A stretch of 64,000 nucleotides of DNA, taken from NCBI GenBank assembly GCA_011109175.1, contig RDEW01000018.1:312887-376886 (forward strand), given 5' to 3'. The stretch comes from Dicyema japonicum. Lineage: Eukaryota; Animalia; Dicyemida. Below, in pieces: positions 50,790-62,906 of the stretch (position 1 is its first letter; each line of letters begins with the position of its first letter). The notes beneath the pieces were generated by a model that saw only the letters and a program-made list of their open reading frames with translations, had not been told where the DNA came from and did not search any database. The position numbers were made by a program, and so were the translations under genes.

Positions 50790-51274
50790 ATGACAGAATT
50801 CTTAAATTATCCACTTCCCAAAGATGTGTTCATTCGAGTGTTTGACTTAACACGAAAACATTTATAATAGGTAGGTGTTCACTATTCGAGATGAAAGTCA
50901 TTAATAATCAAATCATACACACTCCGAATAAGCCTGGAAAAAAACACCTGAAAAAGGAATACATACTTGGAGTGAAAATGCACGTATTCTGCGTTATTTA
51001 CGGAATATTTCATGGACGACATAAGGGGGAGAAGGAAGAGAGATTTTAAGTCATTCCTATGTACACAAAAGTTACACGTTAGCCATGCCATCTACCTGTT
51101 TATCTTCAAGCGAGTTATTTTTTCTAACCTACTTTATAGGTGCGAGGGATGGCTTTTCTCTCAGAAGAGAGAGATCCTATTCTTTTAGAGAAAACAAAGA
51201 GAGCTGCAATTAAGCTTTCCTTAAACAAGAGACTGTCTAAGAAAGGACGAGGACAAGCTGCTAGTACCAATTAA
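50790..51274 (+). CDS. Small unknown multi-exon gene
   Basis: ATG at 50790 with several GT-AG intron candidates of 25-40 nt that join open frames; exon phases are ambiguous. Confidence 0.4.
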
Positions 51275-51429
51275 TTTGATTGTAAAGGATTGGATTAACG
51301 GTTTTTGGAGAATATCAGGACACATATAAAACTTGGAGAAACGTTTTGAAAAAATTAAAAAAAAGGAGTGTCCAGGTGTGGAGTCCAAGCTTTAAGGTTG
51401 GACTTAAATGTGATATCTTCCAGATAACT

Positions 51430-51555
51430 CCTAACTGAGCGAATCTCGCTCGCCACCCTAAGAGGGAATAGCCACGCAATCAGGGCGGCCGTTATATAAC
51501 CATTTGCTCACTTTTTTCCTTAATAAAGTATTATTATTATTATTATTATTATTAC
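51430..51555 (+). mobile_element. CRE-like 3' end with (TTA)n tail
   Basis: ERISLA...GNSHAI plus a 3' UTR shared with the 11815-12200 copy. Confidence 0.6.
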
Positions 51556-51799
51556 CTTAATAAAGTATTATGTACTTCTAACTTTATAGTTAATAAATAT
51601 TTGTTGTTAGTGCGAAGTTTTCAAATTATATATAGGATCTCGATATCCGACACAATCCTCTTTTTTGTCCGCAAACAAGTTTACAACTAATTTGTGAATA
51701 AGCCAAACCTTCAAATTTTTGTATTTTTATTTCTTGCAAAATAGAATGAATCGAGGATTCCGTATATTAAGACGGGATATTGATTTTTGACGGATTTAT

Positions 51800-53640
51800 T
51801 TATTTAAAAAAACAGAAAAAAACGTCAAAGAGTTAGGTGATCTCAGTTCCCATAATCAACTGCAACATCTAACGTCTGCGGTCTTTCATTCCAGGAAAGA
51901 GCCTTTTCTCATTTCTGCAGAGGAGTCTGACTAAGGTTGTAAATTTTTTAACCAATCGGTTTTTTTTGCATTGAAAATAGACAGACGAAGCGTGCTTCCA
52001 TCTTTCTCATAGACGCGAAGGAATCCGTATCCGCGACTACAGGTCGTGGCTTCCGTGTGCAAGGGATTGATGTTGATCCAATATGATTGGCCAACATACA
52101 AATAGTTGTTCAGTAGACAGACGAAGCGTGTTTCCATCTTTCTCATAGACGCGAAGGAATCCGTATCCGCGACTACTGGTCGTGGCTTCCGTGTGCAAGG
52201 GATTGATGTTGATCCAATATGATTGGCCAACATACAAATAGTTGTTCAGTATATTGAATTGAGTCTGTAAAGCAGTGGTTCCCAACTTTTCGGATTCTTA
52301 TTTTTCGCTATAGAAACAGAACCTTTAAATTGCCCAGTCATTTCTGGAGCATCATCAGTGCAGATACTCACACATGCATTCCAATCCAACTTTATATTTT
52401 CAAAATTTGAATTTATAAAATTGAAAATGTCATATCCCTTTGTTGTTCCGAGCAACTCTTTGCAGCAAAGAAAATCTTCGACAATGGATTCATCGTTCAT
52501 ATATCCAACGAAAACAAGGAGTTGCATTTTTTCTGTAATATCTCAGTTTTCATCCACCTAAAGCACAAAAACACAGATTTTTTTATTCGCCGAACCAAAG
52601 TGGTTTCAATGTCATCAGACATATCCTTGATGCGTCTGCTCACAGAATTATTAGAAATAGGATTTAATTCGAGCTCAGCGGCAGCAATTTCTCAGAACAT
52701 TATCTTCTCTATTTTTTCGCATACAGACAAAATAACAGTTTCGGTGAGAGTATGCGATTTCATATTTTTAGCGGCAATCTAAGCAACAGCATAACTAGCA
52801 TGCGGTGCTTTATCGTTTATTTTGAATTTTTTTGTAAAACTGGATGCTTGAACTTTATTCTGGTCCAATTGCAGCATAAATATTCTTTTTTTTCTTTGAA
52901 AGTTCAGAGTATTTGGTAGAGAAATGACGTCTAAGTTTCGNCAGACAAAATAACAGTTTCGGTGAGAGTATGCGATTTCATATTTTTAGCGGCAATCTAA
53001 GCAACAGCATAACTAGCATGCGGTGCATTATCGTTTATTTTAAATTTTTTGTAAAACTGGATGCTTGAACTTTATTCTGGTCCAATTGCAGCATAAATAT
53101 TCTTTTTTTTCTTTGAAAGTTCAGAGTATTTGGTAGAGAAATGACGTCTAAGTTTCGTTGGAGCCAAAGCAATATTCGCAAGTTTTTCACTGCAAACAAC
53201 ACAGTGTCCCCAGTCCATGTAAAACCAAAGACAATATAACTTTTTCGATACGATCGAACTTTAAGATGTGCACTGTCACATGACTCCATTTAGACAGCAT
53301 AAATTAAATTAATACGTTTTGAAAAATTATGCTTTTGTAAAAAAGAATAAAATTTTTTTTGAACTTCGGAGAACCCCTAGAATATTTCGCGGGACCCAGG
53401 TTGGGAAACACTTTTATAGAGTATAGTCTCTGATAATGTGAATTTCGCAACAGAGGCATATTCTACAGCTGGCGCCGGTAGAGTGTTGTAACAGAAACAT
53501 CCAAGGTGTCCTCAAAACAAGTGCACGTACAACGTTCAGTTTCTGGTGGCCTTTAGTGATGACTTGCTTTGCATGGATGTTGGAATTCAATAGCATCGAT
53601 TTTTGACGGGTAAATTACTTGGTGACGACGCCTCTATTGC
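51800..53640 (-). mobile_element. Ingi/Vingi-like LINE 3' portion split by a hAT insertion
   Basis: KLNVVRAL (53414-53596) continues as LQTQFN (below 52272) down to the gatcacctaact tail. Confidence 0.6.
52273..53413 (-). mobile_element. hAT Buster-type transposon, internally deleted, both ends present
   Basis: Ends CAGTGGTTCCCAAC and GTTGGGAAACACT; RSYRKSYIVFGF and EDFLCCKEL..TTKG..ICTDDAPEMTG motifs; 8-bp flanks are both nnnTAnnn but only 5/8 identical. Confidence 0.88.
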
Positions 53641-53699
53641 ACTATGTCTTATTCGTATTCCTTATCGACTTCTCCGTTCACTCTGGGATCTTTTTATTG

Positions 53700-54082
53700 T
53701 AGAGGACTTAAGCAACCTTGCAAGAAACAACAACTGGTATGCGATATAACTTAATATGACTTCTCTGTCTGCTGTCTACAAGGGACAAAAACGACCGTAT
53801 AATTTACAAAACTGTTTAGAAAATTCCACCTTTTTATTCTCTTATCGGCTTGTCGATATTATGGTCTCGGATTTGCAGTCCACCTGATTTACCGTGTTAC
53901 AAGAGTGTAGACAGCATCTAATATTAAAATGGAAATGGAGGACGACCTGGACTACCTAAGAGAAGTAGCGCGCAACAGAGGATCATGGTCGAGGCTGACA
54001 GAGAGAATGATTAGGAATACGGCACAAGGGAAACTTAACTAATTTTATGTTTTCTCGGGAGTGCTTTTTAATAATAATAATA
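53700..54082 (+). mobile_element. RTE-like LINE 3' end
   Basis: DDLDYLREVARNRGSWSRL followed by (TAA)n. Confidence 0.65.
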
Positions 54083-56029
54083 AATTACAAATCTGAGTTA
54101 GTGGATGACCCCAAGTGTTTTAGTTGTTGAATTGAATGAAATAACATTTGTTACTCTGAATAATAATAATAAATTACAAATCTGAGTTAGTGGATGACCC
54201 CAAGTGTTTTAGTTGTTGAATTGAATGAAATAACATTTGTTACTCTGAATAATCAGTTCTTCATTTTCTTGATAATTGGCATTAATGAATTCCAGTCTAA
54301 AAGTATTTTCCGAAAATTGACTTTTTCTATACGGCATGTGCAATGGTCTATGTTGGAATAGGCTTTATGATAATAATCTCTCGGAGCCTCTTAGATTGTA
54401 GAGATAAAGACCTGGGAGATTTATTTCTGAGTGTTAGAAAACATCTATTTCCATATAGTCGTAGTTTTTCACGGTTTTTCCAGAACGGTTTTCTTTTTTA
54501 TTTACTCTTAGTACATTCAAATGAAGGAAACTGGTGGCTAACATGAAAGTAACAACATGAACTAAGCACTCCCAGAAGTATAACTGATGTGGTGCAGAAA
54601 TCGAAGGCGGATCAAGAGAAGAGGTGCTTATCTTGTAATTGGTGAAAAAGCAGAAGTGCAAAGCGATGAAACCGATCGTCCAATTATGTTCATATTGTCT
54701 TGTAAAGCTGTATGGTGACCGCAATGAAGTGGCCACGAACTTTCTAAGATAGGGAAGCTTTGGTATCAATAATGTTCGACACAGACATCCCAGAAACTTG
54801 TTGATATTAAGGTTTTCGCCGCTATTAAATATGATTTTCTTTTTTATTAATAGAAAGACAAAACAAAAAATCGTAGATCAAGCATCATGAAGTAGGTGTG
54901 AGAATTTTCGATTCACAGTGTAAGTGGTCAATTGGAGTGGCTTTAGACAGTCTATAAATATTCCTATTTTCAGGTTCGTTTTTAATAAATAGAAACACCG
55001 GGCAGGAACAGCATAGTTTATCCTAGTTCTGATGAAACTCTTCTAAGTGTTGTTTGTTTTATCTACAATGTTCAGAATAGAAACACCGGGCAGGAACAGC
55101 ATAGTTTATCCTAGTTCTGATGAAACTCCTCTAAGTGTTGTTTGTTTTATCTACAATGTTCAGAATGATTTCTTATTTTCCTTTTATGTTTCTGTGTTAA
55201 ATGGATACAACGAGCGTTAAGGTCGACACATCGGAATGATTTTTTGAGCTCTAAGTATTATCTTATTGAGATTTTGGCCACTGGGGGATACTTTATCCGG
55301 AAGCAGTGAGAGTGATGTTCAACAAATGATGTGAAGGCAAGTCAGTGTGCTCGTTACAAGTTGAGACTAGTCTTTGGTGCATGAATTAACTTTTGTTTTG
55401 TGAATTTTCAGGATGATCAGGTTATGGTGAGTACTTAAATATTATATAAAATCCAAAGAGATGAGTTGAGTGTCCTTACGTGCTCATTGTATTCATGTAA
55501 AATATCCAGTGAGGTATGGGAATCACCACATCTTGACAGTGTCCTTTTACTTTGTAATGCGAATAAGATCAAGCAGATAAGACCCGGGACATGACGGTGG
55601 ATAAAATGTAAATATTTACAATTGTCATTCGAAGAGACGGAAAATTGATTTTTGGGGTTTGTTGTTCAAAAGGATCGTCGAAGGGGAAGAAGGCTGATAT
55701 TTTATCCGAGATGTCGTCGACAAGGACTTTATTTTCGACCTTTCAGGCAAAACCTCTGCTTCTTCCATATTTTTTGTCTCGCCAAAAAACAGAGTATTCC
55801 AAAAAGTGGAAGTTGGATACCGAGTGTTGACTTTTGTCTCTCGGAAAAAGATATACCCACAGAATGGTCTAAAAGATTCATTTATGGTTCAGTAATTTTC
55901 CTAGGATTCATTTATGGGTATTTTAGTTGTGGTATGCTCAGATCCTGGGTTTTGATTAACGTCATTAGATGATATGAGACCATCCACATCTCCATGTTTG
56001 CAGGATAGGGAAATTGAAACTTTTTTTCA

Positions 56030-56500
56030 ACACGTTAAGTGACCATGCCACTACTTAGGTGAGTCGCGTAACATCAAAATTGTGCGTGTTTTGTAACGAC
56101 TGTTAGTTAACTAGTTAAGTCGAACTGGTCGCCCCACTGATCAGTACTTTAGTGTGGTAGACTGACAGCGTACAGTTCAGGACATCTAAAAGGTGATTTG
56201 CTGTCAACTCGGAAAGGTCGTAAATGGAACAAAGGGTATCTTTCACATTACGTACGTATGTAGAGAGGAGTTGTATTCACGTAATAGAAGAACTATGTTT
56301 ACCCGAATGCCCTTCAGAAATGAGGATTCCAATTGGTGGATCGGAAGAGGGGTACGGAGTAGTATTTTGTTATAATCGAGTCCTCCGATGGTTTCTGTGG
56401 AAACAAAATTGTTTATCTGTTTCAAACAATCTCATTCTTGATAACAGGAAGGATGGAGAAAAACATTCGAGGCAAGTCACGGTTTGTAATGATCGTGGTA
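56030..56500 (-). mobile_element. Decayed Ingi/Vingi-like C-terminal fragment
   Basis: DPPI...SGKHSS...LCSI..TANHLFRCP zinc-finger remnant and tail-like tcac(c/t)taa motifs. Confidence 0.5.
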
Positions 56501-56594
56501 TCGAGAAAATGCTTATAATAAAAAAATATGATTTAATAAAACACGACAAGAAAATTAAATAATAAATTATTTAAAGTTCAGCTACAAACGTGCA

Positions 56595-59500
56595 ATGTGT
56601 GAGGAAATCAAGCAAAGGGTATTCAACAACGAATTTCTCATTTCACATTGCAGTCAATGTACTTATCGAGGCATTGAGCTCCATAATGGCATGAAAATCC
56701 TCCTTATCAACGACCCCAACGTTAAAATCGCGGCCACCAGCCTTTCCGTGGGCATTGGTAACCTTATCATTAATCACAGGCTCATTCTACGAACCAAATG
56801 ATATACCAGGACTTGCCCACTTTTGCGAGCACATGCTTTTTATGGGTTCTCAGAAAGTCTGATAATTTTAACATCCTAGTTTCCTGATGAAAACGAATAC
56901 GGCAAAGTTTTCTCGTCTAATAACCTTCTAGTTCATTCAGAACAACGGGGGAACCACCAACGCTTTCACAACCAAAGACCAGACATCATTCTACTTCACG
57001 GTCAAGACAGGGAAGTTGTTCCAAGCCATGGAGATGTATTTTTAATGGTTAAGTTAAGATTTGCTGAGTTTTTCATATCGCCTGTCTTTTGCCCCGACAG
57101 CATTGTGAGCGAGGTTGAGGCCGTCGAGTCTGAGTTTGTGGGGAGCAGCGAGGACGACTCCTTCCGAATTGGGGAGGTTGTCCGCATGTTTGTGGAGGAC
57201 GGCCATCCTATAAGTTTATTCTCCTTTGGTATGACTTAACGGTTAAATTAGGCAACCTAAAATCGCTACTTGAGAATCCACGTGATTGTGGGACAGACAT
57301 CCGGGAGGCCCTAAGGAGATTTTTTAGTTTTTTTAGCAGCAATTTGATGACTCTCACAATAATTTCTAACCGTAACCTTGATTACTTATAAAAGATGATA
57401 TCGGCGAGATGGAACAGAAAACATCGGCAATTTTCTCGAAGATTGAGAATAAAGATACACACAGGAAGACATGGGAGATACCGATGTTGAAAACGAAGGA
57501 TGTTGTGGTGAATTTGTATTGTAGCACATGATTTTCATTGAGAGTCTTGGGGAGGTTAACAAGCTCTGTATCCAGTTTTTTGTCCCTGACATGAATGACT
57601 ATGATAAATCTATAGTTTGTTGTGTCACTTACTTAAAGTCTCTGAGGTTCATTGAATACTTGTTGAATAATCCATCACCACAAGGACTAATATATTTACT
57701 ACAAAAGCGCGGTATAATTTAAGTATTTAATTTTTAAACTATATTTGAAATTATTAATTTTCTGAATCTTATTTTCACAAATATTTGTATTTAATTAATT
57801 AGGACTGATTGTGGATGCCGATTTTGAATGTGTTCATGAGGCTAAAGGATTCAACGTGTTTGTTGGTGAATTTGAATTGGAGGCCTACAACATTGGTATT
57901 GTCTCTAGTCATCGTAGATTACATCAACCAAATTGTCCTAATGTTCTTTGCTTATATTAAATTGGTGAGTGATAACCCTTTCCCAAAGTCAGTCTATGAC
58001 GAATTCACTGTTTTTTTCTCCTTCATTGCAGACCTTCTTAGCCATTCAGTTCCACTATGGAGTTACTCCTCCTCCAGCTTCACTGGCAGAGTTAATCTCA
58101 GCATCTCTGCAGGTTTTACCCATTAAGGACATATTCTTTTTGCCTGAGAAATACGACCTCGCCTCGGTGGACCACGTGATCAAGTATTTTACTCTTGAGA
58201 ATGCACTGTAGTGATTCTAGTGAGTTTAGACTGATATTCGTGGCTAAAAAGCTGCCTTATAAGACAGATCGGACTGAACCACACACAGGTGCAAAATTCT
58301 GCATAAAAGCCCTTAGTGAGGCACAGATTGAGGTACACTTTAATTTTATCACCCAGATGTGGACTTCCTATGTTTATAATGAAGTATTCGGATACCCTGA
58401 AGCGAACCCCTACTTGCCGAAAAATATTGATGATATTTCAAGTCTTATTGATTTAGATGATTTGAAAAGTCAAAATGAGGTTATTGGTGTCCAAAATTCT
58501 AGAAAGCGAATTCACCTAATCCTTCTAAATTGATGGTTTTTTGTGCCTTAACTTGTTAAGGCTTTCCCACAATATTGTCTTTGGTATAAATTCGACTACT
58601 ATTTAATGTTCCCTAAAGTCTTTTTAGGCTTTCGTCTATTAAAGTATTGATTTGTTTCATGATAGTGAAAATTTCTCAAAGGATCCTCTCAGTTACTGCC
58701 TGTCTCACGTTCTGATGCATGCCTTTACTGACCACTTAGAAAATATTCTGGCTTTGGCAGACATGGCGGGCATCTCTGTCGAGGTGAAGATCCTAAATAA
58801 ATCAATTAAAGTTTGCCTTGATTTGATTTTGATTATTTTCTATGGATTTTCTTCCAAAATCAGCGAAATTGTTCAAATCGTGGCCCACAACATCAAACAT
58901 TTCATCCCAACCAAAATTAGGTTCGCCGCCGTAAAATATGACGTTTGTGTTGGCTTACTCAAGTACTTCCAAGAAATCGAAGATATGAAGATTGCGAGTC
59001 CTTTCGAGCAAGCCTGTTTTTTCTCATCCTTGGCTCATACTGAATTTGGCTTTCTTCCAGAAGATTTACTTGCTGTCAAAAAAAGTAAGTAGTAGTTAGA
59101 TGACTAGATGTTACTATGGAGTCTCTGATAAAATTCAGGGATGATAACCTGAGGGAGGTATTCGTGGAGGGATTCATCAGTGGTCCCGTTTCCACGGAAG
59201 TATGAACTGTGTTGATGTGTCTAGGTGGCTTCTCAACTGTTTTTTCGATTTCAGGAACATTTTCCTGTAGAAAATCTGCCACCATGTGCTAAATTATTGA
59301 AATTTTTTATTCCCAAAGGTTAGTCTGAAATTTTACTTAAGGATTGTCACGTCTGTTTTTCTCTGATACAGACGAACATACTGGCTATGGAATCTCACAT
59401 ACTTTCTTCGTTCCAGAGACTGCCACTTTAAACTTGGGGCCCCGTCAGGAGTTCTTTTGCAGTCGGCTGCGAATTGAGTGCATTCTGGGCATGTTGGAAC

Positions 59501-60135
59501 TGATTTTGTCTGACGAGTGCTTTAATTTCCTGCGGACAAAACGACATTTGGGTTAATTGGCGGTAAAACATAGGTTATTCGGTCTCTTTTGAAGTCTGTG
59601 TGTCACGTGGCTGCCACGCTGTTAAAATTTTTGTTGAGTCTTCCTACAATGCTAAATATGTCGAAGGTCAAATCGAAGAAGCTCTGCATCACTTTAGAGT
59701 TTGCTAATAATGGAATTATAGGCCTATTTGGCAAGCTTTTCCAGTGATGAGTTCGCCAACGTGGTGGACTCTTACAGGTCAATTTGCCTAGAGAAGCCCT
59801 CGACTGCTTATAAACAAGCGAATAGACTGTTTAAGGCTATTTTGACGGATACCTTTGAGTTTGATAGAAGTTAGGAGGTTGCTGTTTATTTAGGGAACAA
59901 ATTGGTGGCGGAGGTGGACCTTTTGGAGCTGAGGCACATGATCTGTTTTTTTGACACATTCGTTGGTTCTGGGGAAAATGTCCCTGAGAGATCTCGAATC
60001 ATATGTCACGTGGTGCCTATGATTGGGATGAAGGAATATATTAAAGAGTCCGAAACGGTTGTATGGCTGATGATGTTGTAGGCAGCTCAGCCCGTAGAGC
60101 TGTTGTATGAACTGAGGAAGCAGTGCTTGAAGTAA
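56595..60135 (+). CDS. IDE: Insulin-degrading-enzyme-like M16A metallopeptidase, many micro-introns
   Basis: [35 protein letters not shown] (HxxEH at 56818-56832), [16 protein letters not shown] and [12 protein letters not shown]; ends ...LRKQCLK*. Nardilysin is not excluded. Confidence 0.9.
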
Positions 60136-60447
60136 TTACTTTTTCTACTAAATTTGTTTTTTTTACTTTTTGTCTATAATTGTTTCTATTAGTAATGATA
60201 TAAAAGTGTCCTGAGATGCTAAGCAAGGAAAGAGTTTCAGTTTTTACGTTCGAATTTTGTATATTTTCGATTGGATGTTAGCGTCACTAAAATTTGGGTA
60301 TTCTAAGTGGATTAGTTCCCTTTGAAGGCCTATTATTATGCCATAGATCACCAGGTAAACGCTAACGTTCGAATTTTGTATATTTTCGATTGGATGTTAG
60401 CGTCACTAAAATTTGGGTATTCTAAGTGGATTAGTTCCCTTTGAAGG

Positions 60448-62760
60448 CCTATTATTATGCCATAGATCACCAGGTAAACGCTAATTAAAAGGAAAACGCC
60501 ATCAGATGATCCCGGTTTCTCTCAGAAATATTCTCATCTTTCTTCGGTGTTGCTCTCGGGAATCGACGCATTTTCGATTGTACCGTTCTTATGGTAGTTT
60601 TTCATTTTGGGTGAATTTTCAGCCCAAATTCCTCACAAGAACCTCAAATTGGGTTGCTCTTATTGATAGTCCTGTGATTCGAGAGATTGTTTTGGTCATA
60701 TTGGATTGAGACGAGTTGATCTTATCCATGCTTGTTTTAGCAAGTTTTGTCCCTCAAGCTGTACATCCATAACTTATAGTTGGCTCATTGAATTGGGTGT
60801 ACAACGTGAATGACCGATTTGAAGATCTTTTAAAATTTGAGACGAGCACCATCAAGAAGTTAAGGTTTCGTGCCGAAGCACTGAGTTTGACACATGTGTA
60901 GCCCATGATGGTGTTGAATGTTAAACCCAGAATCTTAGATTTTTTCTTGTGTGGAATTAGTTCACCATTCAAAAATAGCTCGGTGGAATAACTTGATAGT
61001 CTTCTATTCGATGTAAAAAGAAAGGCAAAAAAATTTTCTGTAGATTGAATTTGTGTTCAACCATTCATGAAGTCTAATAGTTTGCAATGTATTTGTAGCT
61101 GGCGTAACAGGTATATCTTTGCAAGCATAAATTATGTCATTAGCATACGCAAGGGTTAGCGAATTTGTGTCCGAATCAATTGGAATATCGTGCAAGAATA
61201 GTTAAAAAGCGACGGTGACAAGGGGAACCCTGAGGCACGCCGTTTGGAAGAAATTTTGAGACCGATCGTTATGATTTTGTTACGACTTTTCCTCTTTTAC
61301 CAATGAAAAAGTTCCCGAGCCATCTTTTGAAAATGCTGGGATTTCTGAGCAGTAGATCTTCTTTGTTAAGAATTTTCTGGGGACCGAGTCAAAAGCCTTG
61401 CGGATGTCAACCGAGCACAATTAAGTTTTGAGGTGCCTAGGCTTTAACTAAAGTCCCGCCATAATAAAGCTTGTGAGGGTTTGCAAGTGTGAACTTGTAG
61501 ATATGTCTTTTTTAAATCTGTGCCGGAAGGATTGCTTACGTAAATATAGGAAGATGCGGTCCAAGACCATTTTCTCAAGAATTTTTCAGAATGTGCATAA
61601 TAGGAATATTGGTCGATAAGAAGAAGAGGACTCTTTTTGTTTTCCAGGTTTCTGAACTGGGTAGATGTGGGCCAACTTCCAGATTATTGGAATTGTGTTT
61701 TTATTTATTCTGGTCCGCTTGAGAGGTTAGCCTTTCTACCTCCAATGGTGAAACCGATATATGATCATGACGATATCTTGGTTTTATCAATGAACAAGGG
61801 AGGACCCTCGTACATTTTATGAGATAAATAACTATTCTGAGCGTAGAACTTTGTCATTCTATCGAATTCTTTTTCGCTGAAATCAAGACTGTTTCTCTTC
61901 TTAGGGATTTTGATCTTTGAGATATTCTTCCACATGATTGATAGGAACCTCTGCTTGTTAAACGTGGAGGTGATTTTTCTCCATGCGTCCATTTCCTTTT
62001 TCTTATAGGTTTTCTTTATTTCGCTATCAAACACTTGAATTCTGTATCTAACTACTGGTGATGGCCTTTGGATGCTTTTGAGTCGATTAAGTTCATTCAT
62101 AAAAGTTTTATAGAATTTGATTGACCTTTCTCGAATAAATACCTTTATTGCCTTCTGGATCTTTCTGTTAGCATAGGAAACTGAATTATCTAGTGAGTTA
62201 AAACGTACTGAATCGAAATCTGCTAAGTTTATGTCCACATGTTAAGAAATCTTTCTAATTGACGTTTCTGTAATCCAGGAAAGTGTTTCGTCTTCTTTCA
62301 GAGATGAGCGTGTTTTTCATCCGAGTGGAAATAGGATTGTGGTCTGTCCTAAATCACAACCAGTTGTCAAGAAAAGCAATGTTAGGGATAGCAAGGTGAA
62401 GTGTTGTCATAAGCTCTATAAGGTTTTCTTGTGTTAATCCGATAGTCGCTAAGAATTATGAAATTATCCAGTAGAAAAAAAAGGAGATCTCCTCTGGCAT
62501 CAGCAGGTGGTTTTGTACAAGATCAGATGTTTCGCGTTGAGCTGCCGCATATCAACAAATATTGGTATTGATGTACCACATCCAAGGAGAAGGTAAACTA
62601 TTTTGGGAAGGAGCTGGTAGGGGAATGTATATGTTCACAATTGTAATATTTCCCATGTTTGTTCTAATGGAGACTCCAATGTATTCCACGAGAAATGGAG
62701 GATCATAATGCGTAAACATTATTATGTGCTCGATCTCACTTTTGACAAAAGTAATGACTA
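60448..62760 (-). mobile_element. 5'-truncated Ingi/Vingi-like LINE (partial APE + RT + tail), decayed
   Basis: ITIVNIYIP, DIRKAFDSV, VPQGSPLSPSLF, YANDII and KILGLTF; tail ccgggatcatct...cctggtgatctatggc-(ATA)n. Confidence 0.85.
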
Positions 62761-62906
62761 TGCAAAAACATTTTTTAACCTTAAAATTTAAATAAATTTA
62801 ACATTAATAAGTTAACTTTATTAACTTATAAACCAAACTTTTTAACCTTAAAATTAAAAAAAATTAACTTTATTTATTTTCCATTTAAACTTGTAAAATA
62901 TAGATT

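Noticed and set aside
54260-54840. 111-aa minus-strand ORF, or a piggyBac Cys-rich C-terminus on the plus strand
   Set aside because: Only scattered cysteines across shifted frames; no TTAA/TIR ends or DDD core found.
55200-55990. ORFs 55645-55972 as a gene
   Set aside because: No domain recognised, with stops in the most protein-like frame.
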